In this document: in pieces, positions 38,725 to 47,016 of the stretch
Layout: the number at the start of each line of letters is the position of its first letter
How positions within the stretch are numbered: the first letter of the stretch is position 1
NCBI GenBank assembly: GCA_964427205.1
Contig: CAYRTE010000022.1
Location: 1,461 to 65,460, forward strand
Direction of reading: 5' to 3'
From: an uncultured Caulobacter sp.
GTDB lineage: Bacteria > Pseudomonadota > Alphaproteobacteria > Caulobacterales > Caulobacteraceae
Length of the DNA stretch: 64,000 nucleotides
Notes under the pieces: model-generated
Told to the model about the DNA's origin: nothing
Databases searched by the model: none
What the model saw: only the letters and a program-made list of their open reading frames with translations
Translations under genes and position numbers: made by a program

Positions 38725-41649
38725 ATGACCTTCAAGACCTGGACCTGGCGCGGATCTGCCTCCGCTATCGCCCTGTTGCTGGCGAGCGCAGCGGTCGCCA
38801 CGCCGAGCCTGGCGGCCGCGGCCTCGCCCGCCGCCAAGATCAATGTGACCATCCCGGCCGGGGACCTGGCTTCGGCCCTCCCGGCATTCTCGCGCGCCAC
38901 GGGCCTGCAGGTCCTGGCCGATCCGGCGCTGCTGAGGGGCAAGCGGACCGGCGGGGTAAAGGGCGCTTTCGACGCCGACCGAGGCCTTAGTCAACTGCTG
39001 CGCGGTACGGGTCTGACCTTCGTGCGCAACGGCGGCAGCGCCATCCTGCGTCCCGCCGCCCAGCCAATCTCGACGGCGCCCTCCGCCGCGCCGGCCGGAC
39101 GATCCGAACCGGCAATGGCGACTGGAGACGCCCAGTCCGAGGACAGCACCGCCATCGAGGAGATCGTGGTCACCGGCGGCTTCGCCAATTCCCTGGCCCG
39201 CGCCCTGGCCGACAAGCGCAAGGCCGCCAACGTTGTCGACGGAATCTCGGCCGAGGACATCGGCAAGTTCCCGTCCAACAATATCGCCGAGGCGCTTCAA
39301 CGGGTCCCCGGCGTCGCCATCACCCGTGATCGGGGTGAGGGCCTGTTTATCCGCGTGCGCGGTCTGGGTCCCAACTTCCAGATCGTCACGCTGAACGGCC
39401 GCAGCGCCGCTGTGAACGAGAACATGCGCGACTCCGGCCAGAGCGGCCGTCAGTTCCGCTTCGACACCTTGCCATCCGAGCTGGTGGCTGGCGTCGAGAT
39501 CGGCAAGACCCCGCTGGCCTCGCTGGACGAGGGCGCGATCGGCGGCGTCGTCGACATCAAGACCTTCCGTCCGCTGGACCTCGGCCGCACCACCGTGGCC
39601 CTGTCGGCCACCGCCAGCGCCCCGCAGTTGGCCGACGCCGTTGATCCCCGTGTTTCGGGCCTGATCAGCTGGACCAACGAGGCCCAGACCTTCGGGGTTC
39701 TCGCCGCCGCGGTCTTTGACCAGCGCACCCTGCGCCAAGATCGCATCACGGGCGTGGGCTGGAGCTATTCGGACCCGAGCACGACCCTGGGCAAGAGCCT
39801 GATCGCCCAAGGGATCAACCTCTACCCCACCTCAATCCGCCCGACCCTCGAGCGTGAGGATCGCGAGCGCAAGGGCCTGGTGCTGTCGGCCCAGTATCGT
39901 CCGACGGAAGAGACCGAGATCACCTTCGACGCCAGCTATACCAAGCTCGACGACCACTATGACGAATTGACCTATTCGGCTGACCAGCCCCTCGCCACGC
40001 TTGTGCCCGGTTCGGCGGTAATCAAGGACGGCACGCTGGTCGGCGGCACGGTGACCTCGGGCTCACAGATTGGCCGAGAGGTCAGCGATCTGGCCCACGA
40101 CAATCTGATGATCGCAGGCAAAATCCGCCAGAAGCTGAGCGACTGGACCCTGACCGCCGATCTCGCCTATGCGAGGGCCTTTTCGGAGACGTCCAAACCG
40201 ATCACGCGCACGCGCCTGCAAGGTGCGATCGGCCGGACGACATTCTCGATGACGCGCGCCGACGACGGAATCCCCAGCGTCAAGCTGCTGACTACCGATT
40301 TCAACAATCCGTCGCTGCTGCCATTCCGTCGCATCGAGTGGCGCGTCAACGACGCGATCGACGACGAGACCGCCATCCAGTTCGACGCGGAGCGCCCCAT
40401 TGCCTGGGGGCCGTTCAGCCGCGTCCAGTTCGGCGTAAAGTACCGGGAGCGCTCGCGCGAGTACAATCGAGCCGACATCAACTACACCGCCAACCTCGCC
40501 AACAAGTTCTTCGGGGCCGAGTACTTCGACGCCTTCCCTGTCAGCGACTTCCTCGGTGACGTCGACGGAACGCTGCCGACCACCTGGGCGATGCCGGATC
40601 CGGCAGCCTTCTGGGCCCTGGCCGACAAGACGCAGAAGGGCACGCTGCGCACCGATCAGCGCAACTCGTACAATGTCTCCGAGGATATCGCAGCGGGCTA
40701 CGGCCTCGCCGATCTCGACACCAGCCTGTTCGGCGCGCCTCTGCTGGGTCAGGTGGGAGCTCGCGTGGCCCATACCAAGCAGGTCTCGGCCGGCCATGCT
40801 GACAACGGTTCGGCTGCGCTGCCGGTCCGTTTCGTGGAGAGCTATACCGACGTCCTGCCGACCGCCAACTTCACCCTGGAGCTTTCCAGCGCGTTGCAGG
40901 CCCGCTTTGCCGCCGCCAAGGTGATCACCCGGCCATCGCTGGCGGACCTCGCCCCGCGCCTGACGCTGAACTCATCGGGCGTACAGCTGACCGCCGTCGG
41001 CGGCAATCCGCAGCTGCAGCCCTTCGAGGCCTGGCAATATGACGCCACTCTGGAATGGTACTTCGCTCCGGGCAGCGCCCTGATCGCCGGCGCCTTCTAC
41101 AAGGACATCACCACCTTTGTTTACAACCAGAAGACCAACATCGTCGTCGACGGCCAGACCTATCAGCTGACCTCGCCCACCAATGGCGGTCAGGCGACGA
41201 TCAAGGGTGTGGAACTGGCCTACCAGCACCTGTTCAAGAGCCTGCCGGCCCCGTTCGACGGTCTGGGGTTCCTGGCCAACTATACCTACACCGACACCGA
41301 GGCGACCTATTCGCCGACGCTGAAGGACGAGATGGTCAATGTCGCCAAGAACAGCTTCAATCTGACGGGCTTCTACGAGAAGGACCGCTTCGCGGCGCGC
41401 GCCAGCTATAGCTGGGTTGATGACGTGTTGCAGGACGTGGGCGGGGTTGGCCTCTCGGCGCTCAACGACAGCGCCTTTGGCTCACTGGACGCCAGCGTCA
41501 GCTACAAGATCACGCCGCAGATCACGGCGGCGGTCGAAGCGCAAAACCTGACCAACGCGGCCCAGTGGCAGTTCGTCAAGGGCGGTTGGTTCGGCGGCTA
41601 CACCCACTATGGCCGCACCGTGAGCTTTGGGCTGCGCGCCAAGTTCTAA
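38725..41649 (+). CDS. TonB-dependent transducer (outer membrane receptor with N-terminal STN signalling domain)
   Basis: Signal peptide. STN domain (INVTIPAGDLASALPAFSRATGLQVLADPALL...GLSQLLRGTGLTF). Plug (EEIVVTG...VDGISAEDIGKFPSNNIAEALQRVPGV). 22-strand-size barrel ending ...FGLRAKF. Confidence 0.9.
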   Translation: MTFKTWTWRGSASAIALLLASAAVATPSLAAAASPAAKINVTIPAGDLASALPAFSRATGLQVLADPALLRGKRTGGVKGAFDADRGLSQLLRGTGLTFVRNGGSAILRPAAQPISTAPSAAPAGRSEPAMATGDAQSEDSTAIEEIVVTGGFANSLARALADKRKAANVVDGISAEDIGKFPSNNIAEALQRVPGVAITRDRGEGLFIRVRGLGPNFQIVTLNGRSAAVNENMRDSGQSGRQFRFDTLPSELVAGVEIGKTPLASLDEGAIGGVVDIKTFRPLDLGRTTVALSATASAPQLADAVDPRVSGLISWTNEAQTFGVLAAAVFDQRTLRQDRITGVGWSYSDPSTTLGKSLIAQGINLYPTSIRPTLEREDRERKGLVLSAQYRPTEETEITFDASYTKLDDHYDELTYSADQPLATLVPGSAVIKDGTLVGGTVTSGSQIGREVSDLAHDNLMIAGKIRQKLSDWTLTADLAYARAFSETSKPITRTRLQGAIGRTTFSMTRADDGIPSVKLLTTDFNNPSLLPFRRIEWRVNDAIDDETAIQFDAERPIAWGPFSRVQFGVKYRERSREYNRADINYTANLANKFFGAEYFDAFPVSDFLGDVDGTLPTTWAMPDPAAFWALADKTQKGTLRTDQRNSYNVSEDIAAGYGLADLDTSLFGAPLLGQVGARVAHTKQVSAGHADNGSAALPVRFVESYTDVLPTANFTLELSSALQARFAAAKVITRPSLADLAPRLTLNSSGVQLTAVGGNPQLQPFEAWQYDATLEWYFAPGSALIAGAFYKDITTFVYNQKTNIVVDGQTYQLTSPTNGGQATIKGVELAYQHLFKSLPAPFDGLGFLANYTYTDTEATYSPTLKDEMVNVAKNSFNLTGFYEKDRFAARASYSWVDDVLQDVGGVGLSALNDSAFGSLDASVSYKITPQITAAVEAQNLTNAAQWQFVKGGWFGGYTHYGRTVSFGLRAKF

Positions 41650-41678
41650 GACTCCCAACCCAACTGCACCCCTCAACT

Positions 41679-41712
41679 GACCCGCCCGGATCACCGGGCG
41701 GGTCTTTCTTTG
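41679..41712 (+). terminator. Intrinsic terminator after the TonB-dependent transducer gene
   Basis: gacccgcccgg-atca-ccgggcgggtc followed by tttctttg. Confidence 0.75.
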
Positions 41713-41877
41713 TGGGCCTGTGGCAAAGCCTTGTGATCGAGAGCCCGGTCCGGGCGAGACAGCGAGATAAAATCCGCGTGGGCGAGATCCGCCGCGACGT
41801 CGAGCGGAACCAACGCCCAAAAAGGCCCGACTCCTCGCCAGCCCGCAGAGCGGCCGTTGCCAGAATAGCCGCAAGGC

Positions 41878-43179
41878 TCAGGACGACGCTTGAGCCCTTT
41901 GTTCGCCCGGGTCGGCGGCCGAGACCTTGAAGAAGACCGCCGCCGCGGCCGTGCAGACGATGCCGACGATACTGGTGGCGTAGGCGCTGGCGGTGAAGAA
42001 CCGCAGCCAGTCCAGATCGACCATCGCGAAGTTGCGCCAGACCAGCAAGGCGACACTCCCCACATAGCCTGACGCGTCGGCCAGATAGATCAGAAAGCCG
42101 GCCGTCCCGACCTGGCCGCTGAAGGCGATCATCCGGTCGAACAGCATCGCGTTAAACGGCGTGTAAGCCATGTAGAGGCCTGCGCCCGTCAGGATCATCC
42201 AGGTGAGCGGTGACAACAGGTGAGCCTGAAACGCCAGGGTAGACGCGCCCAGCAGCACGAAGCCGGCCAGGATCACTCCGTGCATGACCAGCAGCGCCCG
42301 CAGATTGTCGCGAACCACGATCACGGCGGCCATGACCACCAGCGCGATGGCCGCGACGGGCAATTCGCTGGCGGTGAAGACGCTCGAGGCCTCGCCAAAG
42401 CCCATGGCGGTCCAAATCTCGGCGGCAAAGTTATCGCGGAAATCGCGGAACGCGGTCAGCAATACATATGCCAGCACCAGCAACACCACGCCGGGGCCAT
42501 AGGCGGCCATGAAGGCCCTGCGCTGAACCTTGTCCATTGGCTGACGTCGTACACGCGCGGCCTCATCGTCCGCGCTGGGCGGGGGAAGCTGGGTGAGGGC
42601 CCAGACAGACACGGCTAGAAGCGGCATGAAGAGCACGCCGGTGGCGGCGGGCATCCAGAAGGGCGTGATATGGTGTTCCACCATCAGCCACTTGCCGACT
42701 GATTTCACGACGCCCGAGGACAGGATGAAGCTGGCGCAAAGGATCGCGCCCAACACCTCCGACGTCCGCCGGCCCTCCATGTAGCCAAACACCAGGCCCC
42801 AGATCATGCCCAGCGGCAGGCCATTCAGGAACAGGGCCGCGACGTTCCAGGGCGCGGGCGTGATCGCGAACAGCACCAGGGCGAGCCAGGACAGACCGAT
42901 CAAGACCAGGATCGCCGCGCCTCGCCTGGCTGGCGCGATCTCGGAGATGACCTTGACCCCGATCATCTTCGAGATCGCGTAGCCGGCCACCTGCGCCAGC
43001 ACGAGCGCGATCTTATAGTCCAGGACGAACGCCCATCCGTCCACGGCCCCGAATGTCGCGGCCGCGAACGGTTTTCTGAATGCGTACATAGAGAAGTAAG
43101 CGCAGAAACCCGCCAGGCCGGCGAAGAGCGTGAAGGCAAGCGGATGAGATCGCTCCAGCCAGCGCGGCGATGTCGTCAT
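41878..43179 (-). CDS. Polytopic MFS-like membrane transporter (DUF5690-like)
   Basis: 433 aa with about 12 predicted hydrophobic segments. N-terminus ...FTLFAGLAGFCAYFSMYAFRKPFAAATF... resembles the DUF5690 family as I recall it. Confidence 0.6.
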   Translation of the reverse strand: MTTSPRWLERSHPLAFTLFAGLAGFCAYFSMYAFRKPFAAATFGAVDGWAFVLDYKIALVLAQVAGYAISKMIGVKVISEIAPARRGAAILVLIGLSWLALVLFAITPAPWNVAALFLNGLPLGMIWGLVFGYMEGRRTSEVLGAILCASFILSSGVVKSVGKWLMVEHHITPFWMPAATGVLFMPLLAVSVWALTQLPPPSADDEAARVRRQPMDKVQRRAFMAAYGPGVVLLVLAYVLLTAFRDFRDNFAAEIWTAMGFGEASSVFTASELPVAAIALVVMAAVIVVRDNLRALLVMHGVILAGFVLLGASTLAFQAHLLSPLTWMILTGAGLYMAYTPFNAMLFDRMIAFSGQVGTAGFLIYLADASGYVGSVALLVWRNFAMVDLDWLRFFTASAYATSIVGIVCTAAAAVFFKVSAADPGEQRAQASS

Positions 43180-43201
43180 GGAAAACCCCTCGATGAAGGC
43201 T

Positions 43202-43214
43202 TGGTCTATACCAA
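43202..43214. promoter_or_regulatory. Putative GntR/HutC-type operator (copy 1), 23 nt upstream of the transporter start codon
   Basis: TGGTCTATACCAA. The core TGGTCT-ATACCA is a near-palindrome resembling HutC/DasR-type GGTCTA.ACC sites. The identical 13-mer recurs at 44111-44123. Confidence 0.5.
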
Positions 43215-43242
43215 TTACATGGCGATACAGTGACGGCCTGGT

Positions 43243-43962
43243 CTAGCGCACGCGAATGTCGACGCTGACCTTCAAGGCGTCGTGTCGCCAGTATTCCCGG
43301 TCAAACTCGACGACGCGCCCCTGAGCGTCATAACAGGTTCGAACCACGCTAAGGCCCGGCAGGCCGGATTTGACCCGCAGGGCCTCGGCCTCGCCGCCGG
43401 TCAGGGCGCAAGGCTGCATGTCGACCTTGTTGCGCGCAACGCCAACGCCGTAGACCGACTTCAGGACGCTGGTCAGCGAGCCGTCCAGATCGTGCTCAAT
43501 GAGGCCCGGCGCCGCGGATGCATCGACGATGATGCTCTCGATCAGCACCGCCCTGCCGTCGATCGAGCGCAGTCGGCGGATCCAGTACATCGGCGCGCCG
43601 ACGGGGCGTGAAAAGATTTGGGCCAGCAAGCCGTCGCAGGCGATCTCGGTCTTGCTTAGCGTCTCGGTCGCTGGCCGTCGTCCCTGCGCCTCGACATAGG
43701 ACATAAAGCCTTCCCAGCGTGTTGGGTCATAGACCACCGGCGGCGGCGAGACGTACCAGCCGCTGCGGCCCTTGCGGTAAACGACCCCCTCGGCCTCTAG
43801 CTGGAACAACGCCTCGCGGATGGTGCCGCGCGCTACGCCGCCGCCGATCTGTAACTGACGCTCGGAGGGCAGGCGCTCGCCAGCCTTGAACTCGCCGCCG
43901 GCGATGCGCGCGGCGATGTCGTCACGCACGCCGAGATACTGGAGAGTGTCGGGGTGTTGCAT
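43243..43962 (-). CDS. GntR family (HutC/PhnF subfamily) transcriptional regulator
   Basis: Winged-helix segment LPSERQLQIGGGVARGTIREALFQLEAEGVVYRKGRSGWYV followed by a UTRA-like effector domain. ATG 43962 was chosen over the ORF opening at 44100. Confidence 0.85.
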   Translation of the reverse strand: MQHPDTLQYLGVRDDIAARIAGGEFKAGERLPSERQLQIGGGVARGTIREALFQLEAEGVVYRKGRSGWYVSPPPVVYDPTRWEGFMSYVEAQGRRPATETLSKTEIACDGLLAQIFSRPVGAPMYWIRRLRSIDGRAVLIESIIVDASAAPGLIEHDLDGSLTSVLKSVYGVGVARNKVDMQPCALTGGEAEALRVKSGLPGLSVVRTCYDAQGRVVEFDREYWRHDALKVSVDIRVR

Positions 43963-44110
43963 TGGACGACCTGGCCAGCGGTCGAATCCCGCCAAGACCG
44001 GAGGATGGGAGGGCGCTTGTCCAGGGTCAAGGAACTGGATCAGACCACAGACGGCTATTCTCGATCCCCTGCAAGGCGTCACGAAAGTTTCGTCGAACAC
44101 CGATCAAATC

Positions 44111-44123
44111 TGGTCTATACCAA
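44111..44123. promoter_or_regulatory. Putative GntR/HutC-type operator (copy 2) in the divergent regulator / HD-gene promoter region
   Basis: Identical TGGTCTATACCAA, followed by an A-run. Lies between the regulator start (43962) and the HD gene start (44264). Confidence 0.5.
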
Positions 44124-44263
44124 AAAAGTCAATGGGAGATTCAGCCGTGGTGACTGATCGTCGCGCTTGTCCGCGCGCCATCGCTGGCGGCTCGGCCAGC
44201 AGCCCAGGGGGACGCTGGCGCCCTTGAGCGCGACTCATTTTCAATGTCTTTCATGGATTTTCG

Positions 44264-44896
44264 ATGACCTCTCTCTCCCACGCCGATGCTTTCATTGCAG
44301 AGCTGTCGGACCTGTTCGTTCGCACCGGTGACCTTCACTATGGTGAGGACGTCAGCCAGCTTGAGCACGCGTTACAGACGGCGCACCACGCCGGGGTGGA
44401 CGGCGCGCCGCCTTCCTTGATCGCCGCCGCCCTGCTGCATGATGTTGGCCACATGATGCAGAAGGCCGGCGAGGACGCCGCCGATCGCGGCATCGACACG
44501 CGGCACGAGCTTATCGGCGCGGGCTATCTGGCCCGGGCCTTCGGGCCAGAGGTTACGGAACCGATCCGTCTGCACGTGGCCGCCAAGCGCTACCTGGTGA
44601 CGACCCGGCCCGACTACCTGCAAGGTCTCAGCAAGGCCTCGCTGCAGAGTCTGGCCTTGCAGGGCGGGGCGATGAGCCTTGAGGAGGTCGACACCTTTCT
44701 CGCTGAGCCAGCCGCCGAGGACGCCCTGCGACTGCGGGGCTACGACGAACTGGGCAAGGCCCAGGGCATCGAGGTGGCGACCTTCGAGTCCTATCGCGCG
44801 CTTCTCCGCGATCTGATCGATCGCCGAGGGCCTGGTTTCGCTCAAGGACGAACGGTCGCCGCCGACGCCAAGGAAGGCGGAATCGAGATCAGCTAG
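44264..44896 (+). CDS. HD-domain protein of the phosphonate-cluster-associated (PhnZ-like) type
   Basis: ...GEDVSQLEHALQTAHHA...AAALLHDVGHMM... HD motif arrangement like PhnZ-type diiron oxygenases. Sits upstream of FAD oxidoreductase and phnX. Confidence 0.7.
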   Translation: MTSLSHADAFIAELSDLFVRTGDLHYGEDVSQLEHALQTAHHAGVDGAPPSLIAAALLHDVGHMMQKAGEDAADRGIDTRHELIGAGYLARAFGPEVTEPIRLHVAAKRYLVTTRPDYLQGLSKASLQSLALQGGAMSLEEVDTFLAEPAAEDALRLRGYDELGKAQGIEVATFESYRALLRDLIDRRGPGFAQGRTVAADAKEGGIEIS

Positions 44897-44996
44897 CCCA
44901 AGAATGGCAGACGACGGATGACACCGGCGTCGACCAGAACATGATCAAGCCGTTCTCTCTTGGTGAGAGGCGGCTCTCTGGAGTCAAAGAAGCAGC

Positions 44997-46133
44997 ATGC
45001 GGCATGAAAAATTCGACCTGGCCGTGGTCGGAGCGGGTATCGTGGGGCTGGCCCACGCCCTCGCGGCGGTCCGCCTTGGCAAGCGCGTGGTCGTCGTCGA
45101 CCGCGACGCCCAGGCCAACGGGGCGTCGGTGCGCAATTTCGGCTTCGTGACCGTCACGGGCCAGGCGCGAGGCGAGGTCTGGTCGCGTGCGCGGCGGTCC
45201 AGCGCGGTCTGGAACGAGGTGGCCGCCGCCGCGGGCATTCCCATCATCCAGCGCGGCTTGACCGTCCTAGCCCGACGGCCCGAGGCCAAGGCAGTTTTGG
45301 AGGCCTTCATCGAGACCGAGATGGCCGATGGCTGCGACTGGCTGGAAGCTGGTCGGTTCGATGGTCTGCTGCCCGCCGGCGCGACCGGGCAGGGCGCCTT
45401 GCATAGCAGGTCGGATCTACGCGTGGAGTCCCGGGAGGCCATCCCGCGCCTGGCCCATTGGCTTGAGGCGGTTCACGATGTCACCTTCCTTCGCGGTGTG
45501 GCGGTGCATGGCATACAGACGGGAAGACTGGAAACTGGCGCCGGCGCCATTCTCGCCGAGGCCATCGTGGTCTGCCCGGGCGATGACCTGAGCACGCTGT
45601 TCCCGGGTGCCTTCGCCCAGGCCGGGGTCACGCGCTGCAAACTCCAGATGCTTCGGTTGGCCGATCCTGGCTGGCGGCTGCCGTCACCCGTGATGTCCGA
45701 CCTCAGCCTGGTGCGCTATCTGGGCTATGCGGATCTCCCCCAAGCGGCGGCGCTGCTGGAGCGGCTCAAGGCCGAGCAGCCTGAGCATCTTGCGCATGGC
45801 GTGCACCTGATCGTGGTGCAGAGCGCCGATGGCTCGCTGGTGGTGGGCGACAGCCACCACTACGCCGCCACGCCAGACCCCTTCAGCCAGGAGCACGTGG
45901 ACCAGTTGATCCTCGACGAGTTCGCCGCGGTGTTTGGCCAGGCAGCGCCGCCGGTCGTTGAACGATGGACCGGGACTTACGCCTCGGCGCGAGGCCACAG
46001 CCTGGCCGAGACTCCGATGTCCGGCGTGCGTCTGGTGACGGTGACAAGCGGAACCGGAGCCTCCACGGCCTTCGCCCTGGCCCAGGACGTCGTTGCAGAC
46101 ATCTACGATCTTGAAGCTGGAGACGAGACATGA
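44997..46133 (+). CDS. FAD-dependent (DAO family) oxidoreductase of the phosphonate-cluster-associated type
   Basis: Rossmann N-terminus FDLAVVGAGIVGLAHA, 378 aa. Stop overlaps the phnX start (ATGA). Confidence 0.8.
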   Translation: MRHEKFDLAVVGAGIVGLAHALAAVRLGKRVVVVDRDAQANGASVRNFGFVTVTGQARGEVWSRARRSSAVWNEVAAAAGIPIIQRGLTVLARRPEAKAVLEAFIETEMADGCDWLEAGRFDGLLPAGATGQGALHSRSDLRVESREAIPRLAHWLEAVHDVTFLRGVAVHGIQTGRLETGAGAILAEAIVVCPGDDLSTLFPGAFAQAGVTRCKLQMLRLADPGWRLPSPVMSDLSLVRYLGYADLPQAAALLERLKAEQPEHLAHGVHLIVVQSADGSLVVGDSHHYAATPDPFSQEHVDQLILDEFAAVFGQAAPPVVERWTGTYASARGHSLAETPMSGVRLVTVTSGTGASTAFALAQDVVADIYDLEAGDET

Positions 46134-46957
46134 GCCTGAGCGCCATCAAGGCTGTCGTCTTCGACTGGGCCGGCACCGTGGTCGACTTTGGGTGCCGCGC
46201 GCCGGTCCTGGCGCTGATCCAGGTGTTCGGCGAAAATGCCGTGGAAATCAGTGAGGCTGAGGCGCGGATCGACATGGGCAAGGCCAAGCGCGATCACATC
46301 CGCGCCCTGCTGGCCATGCCCCGTGTCGCCGAGCGCTGGCGAAAGGCGCACGGCGCGCCCGCGACCGAGGACGACGTCTCGCGCCTGCACGACGCGGTGG
46401 AGCCGATGATGCGCGCGGCCGCCCGGGAGGGGGCGCTGCTTATTCCCGGAGCGGTCGAGTTGAGCGCGCGTCTCAGATCGGACGGTGTCCGGATTGGCTC
46501 GTCCACCGGCTACACGCGCGCCATGATGGCCGACATCCTGCCCCTGGCCGCTCAGCAGGGCTATTCGCCCGATGTCGTTGTTTGCGCCGGTGAGACCCTG
46601 GAGGGCCGCCCCTCGCCCTTGATGATGTGGAAGGCGTTGGTCGAGTTGGGCGCCTGGCCCGCCAGTGCGTGCGTCAAGGTCGACGACGCCACGGTCGGAA
46701 TTGGCGAAGGGCTCGCCGCGGGTGCGTGGACCGTGGGTCTCTCGGCTTCAGGCAATGGGGTGGGCCTTTCTCAAGAGGCGTTGGCCGCGCTCCCCCCGGT
46801 CGAGCGCGACCGGCGCATCACCGCCGCCGCCCAGGCGCTCTACCGAGCTGGCGCGCACTATGTCGTCGACAGCGTGGCCGAGTTGCTTCCGGTGTTGAAC
46901 GACATCGCCGCCAGGATCGCCGCCGGCGGGGCTCCCGCCAGGCGCGTTGTGCGTTAG
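46130..46957 (+). CDS. phnX: Phosphonoacetaldehyde hydrolase (phosphonatase)
   Basis: HAD nucleophile motif VVFDWAGTVVDFGCRAP; Schiff-base lysine region EARIDMGKAKRDHI; ...IGSSTGYTR... and ...GRPSPLMM... as in characterized PhnX. Confidence 0.9.
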   Translation: MSLSAIKAVVFDWAGTVVDFGCRAPVLALIQVFGENAVEISEAEARIDMGKAKRDHIRALLAMPRVAERWRKAHGAPATEDDVSRLHDAVEPMMRAAAREGALLIPGAVELSARLRSDGVRIGSSTGYTRAMMADILPLAAQQGYSPDVVVCAGETLEGRPSPLMMWKALVELGAWPASACVKVDDATVGIGEGLAAGAWTVGLSASGNGVGLSQEALAALPPVERDRRITAAAQALYRAGAHYVVDSVAELLPVLNDIAARIAAGGAPARRVVR

Positions 46958-47016
46958 GTGGGCTCTGCGTCTGGCATGAGCCGGGATGCGCCAAGCTCGG
47001 CTTCGGCCCATTGCGC

